A model generated the notes under the pieces. The model was not told the origin of the DNA. It searched no databases and saw nothing but the letters and a program-made list of their open reading frames with translations. A stretch of DNA of 64,000 bases from Phoronis australis (taxonomy: Eukaryota > Animalia > Phoronida). Position 1 is the first letter of the stretch, and each line of letters opens with the position of its first letter. Below are positions 39,930-53,472 of the stretch, piece after piece. Location: assembly GCA_002633005.1 (NCBI GenBank), contig NMRA01000129.1:372628-436627 (forward strand), in the 5' to 3' direction. The position numbers and the translations under genes are program-made.

Positions 39930-40936
39930 ATCAGTTAATTACACTGAAAATAGCGTCAACGTATTTGCAAATCTCCTGGCTGCGACAAGTGAGATTTAGG
40001 GCTTTATTCCATGACGTGCTTACTTCAATAGATTTTTCTCTCCACTAACTTCATTCTAATAACACCACTAATATAAAAACCATGGACAATCCTCTGTTCA
40101 ATGGCCTGATGCTTAAATTTTGACCATATTATGTTGTATGCAAATTAGTTACTTTAACTGTTACTGTTTTTAGAAACACAGGGCGTGTTCCCAAATCAAA
40201 CGGTCGAGTCTACATGCTATTGAAATTTGCACAAGCTGATACACATTGGAAATGGCACCACCTAATCAACAGTGACCTTGAAATACAGAAATTGTCTGTA
40301 TAAAAACGGCCTACTCAAATGGATCCATGTCTTTGTGTACAGTACAATTCATGTTTTGTCATTCACTTCAGTGGGGATGTCAACTACGAAAGTTAAGGTT
40401 TTGGTTTGCAAAATAGTTTCCATTATTAATAAGCTCCTACCTGTAGCCTCTTGTCTCCCAATCCTTAAGACGCGTAACGTGTGCAGTTTTTCTATACCAT
40501 CTTTTCAGGGAATTATTTTGTATTTCTTACATTGCTTCCTCATGATGCATGTACTTCACCAATTTCCAAAAACACCAATTTTCTTTTCTTCTAATGAAAT
40601 GGAGCAGGGTCAATGTTCATCACAGAAAATTACCATCCAACAGGCTAAAAAATAACTTCATTTGAACTAATACATTAAATCCATGATCTCTTGCTGCTTT
40701 TTTTTATCCAAACAAATCTCCAACAAAAGATTCCTACTTAATGAAATGGCTGGTGTCACAATTACCCAGTGGCACACCACTGTCAAAAACAATGGAAAAC
40801 TTCCTCGATCTTCTTGTGTCACATTTCAGAAGGAGTCCTGAAACTAAATGGACATCGGGCTCCGTAGTAAGAATTTACATTTTGCTTTCAAGCTATCTTT
40901 CGTTGTTAACCGAGGATGCTGCTGCCCACTCAAGAT
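39930..40936 (+). repeat. Diverged duplicate block, copy B (matches ~21040-21910)
   Basis: See copy A. The ORF-track peptides LVSQLPSGTPLSKTMENFL..PETKWTSGSVVRIY and LVSQFLSGTLPLKLMENFL..PETKWTSGSIVRIY show the homology. Confidence 0.85.
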
Positions 40937-42361
40937 AGGGATTATCGTTGGGTAAAAACTCTTGGATTAATTAGCTTGAAAGAGCAAAATACATTATTTC
41001 TGTCATTTAATAGAAATCTCCGATTCCCAGCGTTTGGCAGCTTCCAGTCATTCGGTAGCAATGAATATAAAAAGCTGGTCCAATCCCGTGCTAATCCACA
41101 ACTATTTCTTCCTCTTATGTTTTGCTGAAGCACGTTTCACGTTGTCTGACAAAGTAGATTTGATAGTTCAGTTGCTTGAGGATAGTCTTTCCTACGGCTT
41201 TATCTCTTCATGCTGGCCTTTTTATGAGCCCACATACATACATGTATTTATATGTGGGCGCATATTGCCATCATCTCGGACGATTCTGCACCACCAAGTG
41301 GTCATTTTAAAAAATTGCTAGAGAGTTTTTGATGTGCGCCTTTCTATCTGCTAAGCCACTTAAAGAATCAAGCTACTCTGCCATTTGATTTTCGCTGGAT
41401 TCGACGGATTTTATGCCGCCCACCTTGTGGCCATTCTTGGTATTTTTGCGCCCGTTCTCTTATGTTCGTCTCTCTATCTGCCATTTCGCTTTAAGGATCA
41501 TTATGAAAGTCTACAGACACCATTCTGATTAGAAGGCCACGTCTGACGTTGACTTTCGGACAGGTCAGACTACTGTGTTCCCCCCTAATGACGTCTTCAG
41601 CCAAATCTCCATAATCCTTTGAAGGAGCTTTGAGCCGACAACCGGTAATAAATGTCCAATTGATCCGAGTAAAATTATGCCCCTGGCAAAATGTTTCTTT
41701 TAACGCTTACCTCTGAATCTTCGAAGCTCATTAATACACGTATGTATTTTGATGAGTCGACAACGCCTTCCATCTTGGAACAGATTTCATGTTTTCCGTA
41801 CAATCTGATGGCCATTTGATTTTTTGCACATGTTTTTGACGTCTGCCCTATCTATCTGCCAAACCACTCAAAGGATCATTACGAAAATTGTCACTTGTGT
41901 TTCTAATGCAAAGACCCCAAATGACGTTGATTTTCAGGTGATTTCGACTAATGTGGAACACCCTAGAGCCGCTGGTGTGGGCAACTTTGCTTTTTTGCGT
42001 GAACAGCTCTATCTCCTTAACCTTTTATAGGTATAAAGAATGGCAATGCACAAGACAAAAAATAAACCGGTTCTCTTTCCTGGTTACTATATTGTCACGA
42101 GGTTGTGATTGACAAATATATCCTATAGGAGCGAAACAAAAAACGTGACCTTTTTACAAAATGTCCGGGCCAGGAAAGGCGAGCTGCGCGTGCGCACAAC
42201 TTGGTGCGACACTTAGCGACTTCCACAAAAACTAAACCAATAAACGAATGTAACAATAGGATTGTTGCGAAATTTGGCAGATGGACTCCTATAGAGTTGG
42301 CAACAGACGAAGATGAGTTTCAGAAGAATCAGACTAGCTGTGCACTCTGGTGTCAATTGTT

Positions 42362-43075
42362 TTTATGATCGACCTATGTTCCGCATAATAGATAAATAAT
42401 ACGTGCGTCGGAAGCCCATTACCAGAGATGAAAAGGAGACCGAGGTTGGCGATATGCATGTAAGGTCATTTATTATGACTAATACAATTACAAGTAAATA
42501 TTCTGAATAAGATAACATAAAAATGATAATCTCTGGTATGAAGGGCAATAAAAAAGCGCCGGACACGTGGAAGTACAAGGTAATGACGAAAACTGGGAGG
42601 TAAAGGGTGGGAAAATTTAATACGTTTTGGAACGTGCTTCAATGTGGCCGGAATAAAGGTGAATTGAAAACGAGGTTACAATATCAATAAAACGCCTAAG
42701 GATACGTAACAATCATCAGCCTATGAGATCCAACAGCTGACCAAACTTGAGACTGGGAAAACGACGTGTTGTCCTATACAAAGGAATAATGGAATAGACC
42801 TAAATGAGGGTGAAAGGAGTAAGACGGGTCCATACATGTATGCTCACATAAATTTATTCAACGAGTGAAATACCATTTATGATCGACGTATGTCCCGAAC
42901 AATAGATAAATGATGCGTGCGTTGCAAGCTCGTTACCAGAGATGAAAAGGAGACCGAGGTGGCGATATACCCGGTAAGGTCGTTTATTATGACTAATACA
43001 ATTACAAGTAAATATAATGAATAAGATAAGTAACATAAAAATGATAATCTCTGGTAAGATGGGCTATTAAAAGCG
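42362..43075. repeat. Two ~200-bp direct repeats (42362-42558 and 42877-43075), each with an internal 10-11 bp inverted repeat
   Basis: tttatgatcgac...taccagagatgaaaaggagaccgagg...atctctggta occurs twice. Confidence 0.85.
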
Positions 43076-44519
43076 TCACAAAAGATGTTGTAAGATACCT
43101 CCTACTTACTTGAGAAAGAGCCTATGAGAACTTGTAACAGGGCGGGGGTGTTAATGATGGTGATCGGGAGATAGTTCCCCCTCACTCGGCGAAAAGATAA
43201 ATGCCCTCTCAGAAGGCATAGGCACCTTTCCCCTCCGATGAACGAGGCCCCTGAAGAAACATAACTATGCTTGCTCTGTCCAGTTAACTGAAATTGAGCT
43301 CGAAAAGGAGGTTATGCTTTGGACGAACGAATTAGGTGTTTTAATTTTAAAATTCAACTTGGTCCACATTGATATTTGAAACCTAACACATGAAATAGAC
43401 GTAAGAAATATTAAAAACAAGAATGCACTGGTCAAATAATTTTTATTTTCAATTACCAGCCTGGTTATTTATTTTAATAAAAGATATATTTAGTAACATC
43501 AATTATTCTTTCAGATCAGTTATGATAAATCAACTATTAATCCCCGTTGTCCCTATACCTCACCAGGACTCAGGCTATGCTTGATCAACAAATTAAACCA
43601 GATGTGACTAATTGCAGATCATAGCAAAATGTGATCAGCCACAATTGTCGCATTTATCTTCAACTTGTCAACAATACGAGCAGATGACCTGGTTCGTGTA
43701 GAAAGCATTATCAACAATTTACGATCGCCGCAATTTGGTCATATTTACTTTTTATATTTCGAACCTAGTTTTTCGAAAAAAATGTGATTTCAACAGACAA
43801 CTCTTTGATGCGTTGACTTGTTCTCTAATGTATTTTTCTACTTCTCTGTAGTTAATTATCGACACAATTTTAAGATTTAATATCCAGGTTGGATTCGAAA
43901 GACCGGCCATTTAACTCACGCAATGTCAACTTCCGATTTGTTTATCGCAGTGAGCCTCGCTTTGGATTTCAATGGCCTCCGCGTGAATTAGGTCTATAAC
44001 CTGTCGCAAACACGGCAATACATTTTACTGAATTAGTTGTGTTAAGTTAAGGTTACTAGGAGTGTGGCTATTGGGTTACAAATTCATTTAGAGTTTATAT
44101 TGTCAGGATTTAAACAAAATTCAGGCAAACTTTAATATTCTAGAAAAAATTGTAGGTCACTACAGGTGAACTGTAACATAGCGAACCAGGTGTTGCCTAT
44201 TCCGGTCTACAACTCTCAAGCCTTCGAATCTCTGTGTATACAATTTGCTTTTGCTACAGCAAAATTCACTTACAACCAACTTTTCAGGAACTTTCCAAGA
44301 CGGTCTGTTGTAATCAATTCGACTGTGCATTAAATACAATAAGTCTACCTTTCTTTCAAAAGAGTACCTATAAACGTTCGGTGAGCCCCCTTAATACATC
44401 ACTGCATCTAAAAGGTTTCCCTGTTTCTGGTCATGGTGTATAATTTTTAAATCCTCCATAAGTACAACATCTGCATATATACTCCCAAGTGTAATATCTA
44501 AATGAACTGTGAATTTCAA

Positions 44520-44674
44520 GTATTTTTAAGTAACCTGCGAGCTTCTGAATGTTCATTGGCTTCAATGTAATTACAAAATTAATTTAACTGTAGCAGCTGA
44601 CTAGAATTGTGTTACTTCGGCCTTAGAATGAGTAAACACGTTTTCCTGTCCCTGGCCTGCGGTGCCAGAATATA
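44520..44674 (-). pseudogene. Remnant of a paralogous FReD gene (3' end of exon 4 + intron 4)
   Basis: Matches 24149-24347 (tcattggcttcaat, ttgtgttacttcgg.cttag). Minus strand reads TAT TCT GGC ACC GCA G|gccagg (YSGTA-G) versus YSGTS-G|gtaagg in the intact gene. Confidence 0.75.
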
Positions 44675-44778
44675 AGTGCTACGCCCGGGCCTGCCTGCGC
44701 TGCCTCCGGCGGCTCGGCTGAGGCCCGCCTAAGTGCTACGCCCGAGCCGGCCTGCGCTGCCTCCGGCAGCTTGGCTGA
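44673..44778. repeat. GC-rich 57-bp tandem repeat, about 2 copies
   Basis: taagtgctacgcccg.gcc.gcctgcgctgcctccggc.gct.ggctga at 44673 and 44730. Confidence 0.9.
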
Positions 44779-44999
44779 CTAAAAATTCGCTTAACAGCGT
44801 GAGGCCATTCCAGCGGAAGTATGTTACTGCTTTGTTTCGCTATTTACCAGTAACGATGACGACAGATAGAGTTCCAGTTTGCGTGTGAACGCTAGTTTTG
44901 CATTGGCTCATCACAGCCCGATGACTGCCGTGCGGCCACCTTAGTTCTTAACTCGACTCTGTCACGAACCAAGTGTCATGACCTCAGAACACTACTGGA

Positions 45000-47331
45000 A
45001 TACTCCTTAACCGAGGGTGAATGTTTTGAAGTTTTAAAAATTTGTAAAAACAATAGAGGTTCTAGGAAATGACGGGTTTCATCAATGTTTCAGGCAAAAA
45101 GCCTTACTTTAAGCATTTGAATATAGTTTTAATAAGGAAATCATTTACGTCACAGAGATTAGGATCCATAACACTTTCCAACATTTAAGATGATGCTGAC
45201 CTACATTCTTTAGATCTTATTGGCAACCAATATCATTATTTAACGCTGATTATAAACTACTTACAGAAGTTCTTACAACCTGTATAAATGATATCATGGG
45301 AGAGATGGTTCACCAAAGTCAAACAGCGATGAGGGACGAACTGATATACGAATCATTCAGGATATTCATTTCACATTCAATATTTCTCATAGTCACAGTC
45401 ATAATCTATTTTTAGACTTTTTCAGAGCATATGATACAATAAAGTGTGAATTTATATTTCAACCATTAAATCTTTCGATTTGGGACTGGTTTTCAAAAGA
45501 TGGGTGCGGATAATATCCTAAAAAACAGTGTTTGTGGCTTCACTATACACGTTGAAGTTATGGCAAATCATTCCGAAATAGCAATTTAATAAAAGGCATA
45601 CATGTTGAAAAAAACTGAAGTAAAAATTCTCAAGTTTGCAGAAGATATGTTATTTCTACAGTATAAAAAAATCTTATATAAATCGTTTATTTTTTAATTT
45701 TAGAATTTTGGCTTATTGTCTGACCTACTGCTAAATTTCAAAAAGACAGTGTGAAGGATTATTGGTCAAGAGAAAGAGTGTCCCTACCCGGCATTTACGG
45801 CTTCAAGTGGACTGGCAAACCAAAGAAAAAATTCTCTAGTTTGCAGACGATACTATCTTATTTCTACAACATAAAAAAACTTATATAAATTGTTTATTTT
45901 TTGTTAATTTTGGCTTATTATCTAACCTGCGGCTAAATACCAGACAGTATGAATGATTTTACATATAGGTCGCGAAAAAGAGTGTCCTGACCCATTTACG
46001 GCTTCAAGTGAACTGGCAAACTAATCAAGAGCTTGGTGATATCTTGCAGTCATAATAAACAAGAACATGATTTCTTAAATTTTTGATTTGAAATTAAATA
46101 GCTTAAAAATCTCTGAATTTCTGTTGAGAAAATCTCCAATATTTCTTTACTAGGCAGATTTAGTGTAGTCAAAACTTTTGCGCTTTCTATTATAGTCTAT
46201 GCAATGAGTAATCTATTGATGGGCAGTGTAAATAGAAGGAAAATAAACAGTATTAATTAAGCAAATGTGGTTGTAAATTCCCATGAAAATGGTGGTTTGT
46301 CAGTTCCTTGTAAACATTATATTGAAGTCACATAGAAAATGGGTTACACGTTGCTTGGATGGAAGCAATGATGTTTTTAAAGAGTTTCCAAACTATAACA
46401 TCAAAACATATGGGTCGTCTGATCTGTAAAGCAAATCATTGCAAGTTGTTGACTACTTACATAATGACACAAATATAATGGTGTGGAACAACAAAAACAT
46501 TTTGATGGACGGGAGGACTGTGTTCTTCAACAGTTCTTACGAGCCTGGCATCATTTTTGCGAAGGAATGTTTTTGATTCTGAAAACAAATTAATTAATTA
46601 TGCAGATTTGAGACGTGTTAATTAATGTGAAACTTGAGTTTTCTGAGTCAAAGTGCGTCAATTCTTCACAGTTAAATAAAATAATTACTCTGTTTTCTTA
46701 AAATGTTTTGCTTTCCAAAATTTTTCGTCTCCAGATATAAAATACAGCTTGATTGATACTTACTCTAGACAACAAAGTCAAATTTACGTTCTTCCTCACA
46801 AACTCTTGTAGTCTTCTTATATTAGAATTTTCAATAACATTGTATTCATAGAAAGGTTTATAAAAAGTGTTTTGAAAGAGATGTGAATAGTTAGTGAGGA
46901 CACATGTGCATCTTGTGGGCTGGTGTAACCTTTATTCATATGTTTGCGGATTGTGACTTGGTGATAATTTTGCGGTGCATCAACATTAACTATTTGTCAA
47001 TATTTTATTTACAAATGCTAGTTACACACAAGTCATGCACTACCTGTATAGTAACTGTATGCTACAAAATGTACAACTCCATCAAGCTGTTTTTGGGGGA
47101 AACCATTATCAACTATCTTGCAGCAATCATAATTTTATAAGTTAGATGGTGTGGGTACGGGGGTGTATTCATGATGTTTTGTCTTCACCATTTGGCTGGT
47201 TGTACTTATTATTTTGAGTGACCACTGTTTTTCTTCTGAGGATGGTGTTTTAGTAAACGCCGAAACATGTCAAGACGGTTTAAATTAATCGTTGTTTTTA
47301 TTAAGAAAATAAATTTTAAAAAAACAAAAAA
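45000..47331 (+). mobile_element. Degenerate 5'-truncated L1/Tx1-clade LINE
   Basis: RT relics GNDG, PISLFNADYKLLTEVL, LFLDFFRAYDTI, FADDT (45840-45854); C-terminal CASCG..FIHMFADC; A-rich tail at 47317-47331. Confidence 0.8.
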
Positions 47332-47805
47332 CATAGGGTCAATTGTTATTCAGTAAATTGATTTCTAGGGACAAAAATTAGAAACTGTATATTACTGTGA
47401 AGGATTTTCAGTCCTAATATATGATGCAAGTATATGTACGCTTGTCTGTCAGTGTCGCATTGCTCACAATGCCTGCTACCACACGAGGGCACTGCGAAGG
47501 AACGTAATGTGGGTGCCAAATGCAATCCTCTGATTGGCACAACTTCATTTAATATCATTAGGAAGGTATTACCTAATGCCTTCCTTATGTCATGGACCAT
47601 ACGTCAATCATGCATACTGTTTAATTCACTGCTGTGCAGAATAGACGTGTGCACCTTCCAAAGAGCCTTTGCACCAACGTTGAATACTTTCACACCATGT
47701 GTGGTGTACCTTACACTATGCGCGCTAACGCCATAACTACAAACCTTTGCAATTTTCATGGATTAAGTCAACCTATGAATTAATGACTAGTACACTGTTT
47801 CTCAC

Positions 47806-48925
47806 TGCTTTGGGGACTCCATAGATGGTACTGTGACGTGTGCGCTCTCGGCATGCAAATACACACGCTTGCTCAACGTGGCACAAAGGTTTCTTTCTAC
47901 AGGACGCATTTGTTCTTTAAAAAGAAGAAATATGGTTTCATCCCATGGATGATGATATTGAAGTTATGGGTGCTAATAATTTTGTAAATTTGTATTACGT
48001 TCAGGAAGAACAGCACCCAATGTTGCTACCAGAGGTGGATTGGGAAGAAGGACTATGAGGGTATATATGTTATGAAAAATGAAAAAATATTGGTTGAAGC
48101 TTATGACATTTTCGGAAAATAGGTATGTTGAAGTGTACTATTCTTATCAGTACAATATGTCTGAATTAGATAAAGACTGTTGGGCGTTGTTTTTTTTTCT
48201 AAATAGTGCTCATGTGAACATCAGATATGGCACGGAAGTGTATCAATATTAAAGAAGTTAGATATATAAATTATTCAAGCTGACACTAGTGTCAGAGCTT
48301 TATGTTTCAATCCTAAACCGAACTATTCAAAGAAAAACGCTTGCGGGATTTCGATGTGCATATCACTTGTTGATGGTTGAGATGAGGCTATACCATAAAA
48401 TTCCAAGAGACGTGTAATGAGAGTTAATGAGAGTGCATGCTATTTCTTATTAGTACGTCCTTTGTATGTGGACCTTCGACGAAAATTTAGTATTCCAGTT
48501 ACTGTAATCGATGTACAACTTGTTCGTGTTCGCTTGATCAGTTCACAAGATATTTATGTCATAAAAAATGTAGCTAAGTTCCTAATCCATCCGGAGATGT
48601 ACTGTATTAGATGTTGAATTTTGGTTATTGTTTTGCTTTTGTTTTTTTTTTTCCTCTTGTCTTTGTATTTTGTTTAAACCAGCGCTCGTATGTATTTGTA
48701 TAGTGTGTTTATTTCTATAAATTGGGGCCGGTGGCCTAGTTACACAGAAGAAATCAATCTAATAACAAAAAATCAACATGTGAATTAAAGTACTTGAGTT
48801 CACTTAGCTATTTCCCAGTGCTTTGGGGACCCATTAGATGGCGCTGCGAAGAGTGCGTTTTGTCAGCATGAAAATAGGCATGCATGCTCAACTTGGCATA
48901 GAGGTTTCTGTCTACAGGGCGCATG
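47806..48925. repeat. ~105-bp diverged direct repeats at ~47806-47910 and ~48819-48925
   Basis: tgctttggggac..tagatgg...gctcaac.tggca..aggtttct.tctacagg.cgcat occurs twice. Confidence 0.7.
48330..48775 (+). mobile_element. 3' fragment of an L2/CR1-group LINE
   Basis: GFRCAYHLLMVEMRLYHKIPR...YFLLVRPLYVDLRRKF resembles the RFR..H.L.IE.GR..IPR..C..HFLL.CP.Y..LR C-terminus of these elements. Confidence 0.55.
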
Positions 48926-51900
48926 CCAAAAGACCCAAGTTACAATGGAATCCCATAGAATCTACTTCCCATCCTGTGCTGTTTGGTCCGTCAGTGACGA
49001 GTGAATCCTGCTCCACTAAAGAAAGACAATTGGTTAATAACGTTTTTACCCGTGATCGGTGCTTAGCAAGTCTGGAAATGATCGTTGACTTCTGCAACAC
49101 TTAAAATTACCTGTATTTATCAGAGCGGGAAAAGCTTAATGTCCACGATTGAGTGCCTAATTGTCGAAGAAACCACCTCAAAAGAAGCAATTCAGTATTA
49201 ACTCAACTTGACCTGCAAAGGCTGAAGAGCTGTGTAAGCTAGTCTATTCAATGCTTTTGTCTCACGTTGTAAATTTCGTTCAAAAATGGTTGTAATTGAA
49301 AAATCGATTGCGATCTACATCCCTTGTTGATCTAAGTAATGAACGTTTCGTGGATAGGTTGTTTCTGTCATCAAGCACACACAATGTAAAGCCTCCGACA
49401 TTGTCATTATTAATCCGTAACTGTATCTACTACGCAAGGTAAGCAGCATGCTCACTCAGAGTTCTTTACTGTATAAAGCGTAGATGTTTAAGATCATGGA
49501 CAATTTGCTGTCCACTTACCAATTGGACAGCAAGCATATGTTCAAACTTTGCATTTGAGATAAGCGCCTTGCCTTAGTGAACTCGTTTCTTTGCAAAATT
49601 TGCATTCTCGTTTCATTTCTATAATTCGATTTCAATAATCTATCTGTCTCCAGAGTTTTCTGCACACATGCCAGGGGCGTACATTCGGAAAATATCAGTT
49701 TAAGGACAGGTAAGAAAGTAAAATCCACATATTCGCACGGGTGTACATTTAAAAGTGACGAATATATTCTCGGGGTATCAGTTCGTGTGGCCGGCGTGCA
49801 AACTGAGACTAAGATTGTCAACACACAACATTGTCGATGTATGATTGTTCACACGGGTTTAATTTAATCGTTGATAATTTACTTAAATAGTTACAGTTTT
49901 GGTGCTCATTTCATATGAAACTGAAAAAAGACTTAAGATTCAACCTTCCGTATCTTTCTCAAATATACGTCCTGGTTGTATCCGCTAAATTATCCCTCAT
50001 ATACGTCCACTTGTCTGCAAAAAACACCGGTATCTACTGAAGCGGAGCTAAAGGAAGTCTGAAACCATGTGAACCCGTCACCAGTCATAATTACAGGTTT
50101 AGTTTGTATTTCAAAGGTGAAATAAATGACGGGCGCATTCTATCAAAACAACTTTTGATTTTGACCACGTCGTGTTCAAAACTTATCGTAATCGTTTTCC
50201 TTGCCTAGAGTGTAAAACGATTTCTAGATTTGAGAAGAACTGACAGGTCGTTATTTGCTACAGAGCGGCCTCATTAAACTACTTGTCACGGCGGGTCATT
50301 CTAAGTCATTAACTTTACAACACGGTGACGTTGTTTTGAGACGGGCAATTACGCCTGGGAGAAAGTTGATGCTTTTAACACCAAAATATGGTTCGCAGCG
50401 GCTTTAACAGAACTTGAACTGGATTGTAAACCATGCTGTATTCGTATGCCAAAATGTTTGCACACCCTAGGAATCCATTTTTATACTGAACGTGGCAAGT
50501 GACATTAAAGCAAAAAGACAATTTCACGGACGCAACCGTTATGGTGTGCAAATGCAAGCAGCCCTGGGTCTCTCAACTGCCAGTTACTGCACAGGATAGA
50601 AGTCGACATTATTTACCGCTCCAACGTAGCTTTGGTTTGTTGTTACTCAGCAAATTAATCTAACGTGACTGTGCATGTATACAGTACTGCGTGTACCAGG
50701 GTTGCAATATTTTGTCCGTGAAGTATGGCGAGCTTGATTCACTTGACGGTATATGAGCAGGAAACCACATTGTCGCGAATAAGTCGAAAATCGATATTTT
50801 TCTACTTATTTCACAATAATTTCTGTGTATTAACTAAGCGTAAACACCGAGTTGTATAGCCGGTAATGATGGTTGCTTGCTATGCACGACAACGTTGTAC
50901 TCTGTTTGTTAGCTGGCAATGCTGTTAGAGGGCGATCGAAGTTCATGTGTGCTGTGTGAATGAGAGAGAAAGACGAAACAGTGAACATGATTGATGAGGA
51001 TGCTGAGATAAGGGAGTAGCCTCAATGTGTTCTAAAAACGTTACTTTGATTTATTTACTTCTAGCACACATTGGATGTATAAATAGAACATAACTCTCGC
51101 AGAAGTTCTCCAAAAACTAATTTCACTTTTCGTGTCTTGCTAGTACTTTTTCATAAAAAAACAACACAAATGTCTCCATTGATAGCTAACAACAGGGAGT
51201 CATTATTGACTTTCATACGAGTCATCTACAAACGATTTACATTTTAAGATGAATCAGTAAGAATAGCTACAAAACTAAATTTGCTTCAATTTGGAGGAAA
51301 AACGATTACCATAAAAAGTAAAAAGTGTTTTGGTGCAACCGCTTTGGCTTTGATTTCGTACGGCATTTTAAATATTCATTTTAATGTTTTTTTTTTAATT
51401 CAACTATTTCAAGAAGGGGAGAACTCTTGGTCTGGCTCAGTTGTTTTCAATAGAAATTACGTCTTCCCGTTCCCAGTTGTTCATACAATTGTTAATGCTT
51501 CATCCAAGCTACTCAAGTACCTTTGAATCTGATCACTAACTAGAACACAGACACTAATAGCTATCACAATTTTTATGCAAATCACGATGGAATGAACTCG
51601 CCTCTGTCTTCATAATATTCCTCAAACACATAATTGTGGATCGTGTTCAACAAAGCGACGGCAGAAACTAGTTATGTTTGCCCAACTCATGACCGGATTT
51701 ACGCTTTTGGGAAGGGGGCTGGCGATTTTTGTAAGGGGGACAGGAACTAACTGTTCATAAGAATGTACAAATGAAAATTTCGCAACATTTCGTCTGCACG
51801 CACTTAAAACGGACAATTTACTATGCAGTTCTTAAAATGAAGCCAGTAAAAATTGATATGTGCACAGTGATAAGAAAATTTTCAAGTGCCATTTCCAATG

Positions 51901-53210
51901 ACCCAAAATACAGTTTTCGTACCTCCATTTATCAACCAAGCTTGCAGTAATGGATTAAGTGAATGAATTTTATGTTTGATAAACGGAGCAAGTTGCTATA
52001 GTTTTCAAAGTGGGAGTCATAGAAAAGCACAGCGAATGCAGGTCGCAAGCTGGTCGCGAAGGAATCGGTAGATTCAGTAGCGTCTCCATTGTTCCCGTTG
52101 TTATAATAAAGATAATGACGAGCTTTTATTTGTAACTCTGTGATGTACGCCCAAGGTACGATATCCATGCGACCTGTATTGTCATATCCAACAAAGATGT
52201 AACAAAGGAAAACAATCAATAAGTGATAACCATGCGACCAGTTTACGCCGTGGTTCTCGCAAGTTCAACAATACCTTGCAAACTGCATACAACATCATTT
52301 GCCATGAAACAAGGTTCTCATAGGACGAATCTCCTTCAAAGATCTCTTTGTGATCAGGGGTGATGGAATCAACTGCCTCTCGTAACATGTTTTTTGAAAT
52401 TGTATATTCTATCATTTGCAGACCCCCTTGTTCTGTTTTTGAATTGCTATATTCTTTTATTATAGGGACTCCCTTTCGGAGGGTCCCGTGATGATAGCAT
52501 CAGTTGACATTTTTTCTATTTTAAAGATTTGTAAGGATATATTCCTGAAAAAGCCGAAAAGGGTGAAAATTGATCTTTCGTCATTAGGATTCCTGCCTCA
52601 TGAAAGGATTTAAAAATTGACAAATCAAACTAAAACAACTGTATCATTTCATTCTAGAAACCTGCAGTGCTCTCAAAGGGCCGTAGTGGAATTTATCAAT
52701 TACTGTGTTGTTTTCTTGTATTGTGAATTTCATGAAGGAGGGCCCTCTTAAATGGCTCCAAATAATCAATTGTCGCCTATATTCTTACATAATATAGGTT
52801 CTCCAGTCGGAAAGACTCACTCTTGGAGAGAATCTCGTGCCAGTTGTCGTATTTGTACCCCCATAGTCCGCCATAGGACGAATTTAAATAGTAACGCTTC
52901 ACATGTCAGTTATGCTTTCTGCAAAAATATTGCATAATACCGAAACTGACATTATATAACGTAAACGTCTTGATCATACCACAAGTGTAATTCATAATCA
53001 ACATCGATGGCTGATCAGCTAACAAGGAAGACTGAAATCCGAGAAAATGAATACCAATTTCACAAACAAACTGAACCACTCTGCCGTAATTGAATCACTA
53101 CGAGGTATCCGAGAACTGAAATTCAAGACCAAACGCAGTTGTTCACTACTCACTCTCGTAATGAAATGTTTCCCCCAAAGAGAGAAGTATAAAAAAATCA
53201 GCCAAGAGTA

Positions 53211-53472
53211 GGCCGTGTGGGCTACTGTGTTGAGTGTTTGCCTCCTGTTCGCAAGGTATTAGTTTCGGATTCCGCTGGACGCCATTGCTAAATCCTGGGC
53301 CAGATATATAGCTCTTCACCACACTGCTCTTAATTTATGTGTATATGTCTATATGCGTAGTGCATATTAATAAATTGGAAATGGATTCAACTGTTTGGTG
53401 CAATGGGCCCGGCTGAGTGGCCGGCGCACGTGGGATCCGAGGTGTATTAAATCGCCTGCACTATTTATTCTT
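53211..53472 (+). mobile_element. Probable tRNA-derived SINE
   Basis: Head ggccgtgtgggctactgtgttgag...gtttcggattccgctgg with degenerate A/B boxes, then a body and a short AT-rich tail. Confidence 0.45.

Noticed and set aside
53211-53285. tRNA gene
   Set aside because: A/B boxes are degenerate and I cannot build a cloverleaf; better explained as a SINE head.
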